A stretch of DNA of 15,546 nt from Candidatus Micrarchaeota archaeon (GTDB lineage Archaea; Micrarchaeota; Micrarchaeia; Micrarchaeales; Micrarchaeaceae). The notes under the pieces were generated by a model. That model worked only from the letters and a program-made list of their open reading frames with translations, did no database searches and was not told where the DNA came from. Positions within the stretch are counted from its first letter, which is position 1. Every line of letters starts with the position of its first letter. Shown here one piece after another: positions 14,806-15,546 of the stretch. Location: the NCBI GenBank assembly GCA_027345565.1, contig DAHWIF010000016.1, positions 1 to 15,546 of the forward strand, read 5' to 3'. The position numbers and the translations under genes are program-made.

Positions 14806-14820
14806 TTGAATAATATTCAA
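14806..14820. promoter_or_regulatory. Perfect 15-bp palindrome, likely Lrp operator
   Basis: TTGAATA-A-TATTCAA lies between the lrp start codon and its TATA box (minus-strand TATATAAA, 14830-14823). Confidence 0.7.
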
Positions 14821-14860
14821 CATTTATATAGTTTTTGGTCTATTTTTCAAATTTTATTCA

Positions 14861-14874
14861 GGAATGTATAAATA
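14861..14874 (+). promoter_or_regulatory. BRE/TATA promoter for the rightmost gene
   Basis: GGAATG-TATAAATA, with the TATA box at 14867-14874. Confidence 0.55.
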
Positions 14875-14954
14875 GCCGGCAGCACACAATATACATAACG
14901 AAGAGGGAGAGTGATGCCCTTCCAATATCCGACGGGAAACGATCGGGAGACCCG

Positions 14955-15546
14955 ATGCCCGGAGCAGCGCCGCGCGCGCTCACGGCTCTAGCCAGGGCCT
15001 CGGATTCTAATTTTAAGGTAGTTGACTTAAGGAAATCGGCAACCACCGCCGCCGAAGCAAGATGGCTTATGGCGCGCGGCGGTTTCTTTGATACGCACGA
15101 AGTCGAGCTGGAGGGATTGGGCGACTGCTTCCACTCGTTCGAGCTGCACCCTGCAGCGATGTCGCTCGATTTTGAATCGCTGCTGGAACGTTCTAGGGAA
15201 CATAAGGCGACGGTGCGCTCGCTGCTGGAAGGGGACGCCACCTTCCAGGAAAAGGTTTCCTTGTTTGAAAGGAGCCTGCACCACAATCTTGAAATGCTGT
15301 TCGTGGAGGGCATGATTGCAGACCGCAGCATCGTTATGGGCTGGAAAAGAAATGGGCAGATAAGGAACATCGAAGATGGTCTGGAGAGGTTTGTTGCCGC
15401 ATGGGAGATCATGCAGCCGTTCTACAGCGTGGAGGGTTTCGTCGGCTCCTTCGGCAAGAAAGGGGGATCGGAGGAGAGCGGCATACTGGATGTCCTGGAG
15501 GAACTGTTGCCAGGCGTCAATCCGAGCACCCCGAAAGGCAAGCAGA
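14955..15546 (+). CDS. Hypothetical protein, partial (runs off the right edge)
   Basis: Not in the ORF track. The frame stays open to the window end: MPGAAPRALTALARASDSNFKVVDLRK...WLMARGGFFDTHEVELEGLGDCFHSFELHP...FVAAWEIMQPFYSVEGFVGSFGKKGG. GGGAGA precedes the ATG. Confidence 0.75.
   Translation, partial: MPGAAPRALTALARASDSNFKVVDLRKSATTAAEARWLMARGGFFDTHEVELEGLGDCFHSFELHPAAMSLDFESLLERSREHKATVRSLLEGDATFQEKVSLFERSLHHNLEMLFVEGMIADRSIVMGWKRNGQIRNIEDGLERFVAAWEIMQPFYSVEGFVGSFGKKGGSEESGILDVLEELLPGVNPSTPKGKQ

Overview
Archaeal chromosomal window, probably DPANN/Micrarchaeota-like. That assignment is inference from archaeal Spt5, uL11, GGGP synthase and TyrRS, TATA-box promoters, heavy ATA/AGG codon use and the gene mix. 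Bases 1-8205 are mostly housekeeping: partial trm5, spt5-rpl11, two orphan helical proteins, a degenerate proline-dehydrogenase-fold gene, an extended SDR epimerase, GGGP synthase, a half-length Rqc2/NFACT and RNase Z, whose stop codon directly abuts a tRNA-Val(GAC) with an unusual U15-A48 pair. After the tRNA comes an accessory block of about 3 kb that is partly AT-rich. It holds a tandem double Lrp/AsnC regulator and several small Cys-rich Zn-finger-like ORFs, one of which is missing from the ORF track; no integrase is visible. The best candidate system is an archaeal-type tyrosyl-tRNA synthetase followed by a Firmicute TdcA-type tyrosine decarboxylase, linked by a 10-codon ORF and overlapped by a convergent Lrp gene with a perfect 15-bp palindrome at its promoter. 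This mirrors the lactic-acid-bacterial tyrS-tdcA order but uses an archaeal synthetase and has no antiporter in view. All calls come from reading motifs by eye; no searches were run.
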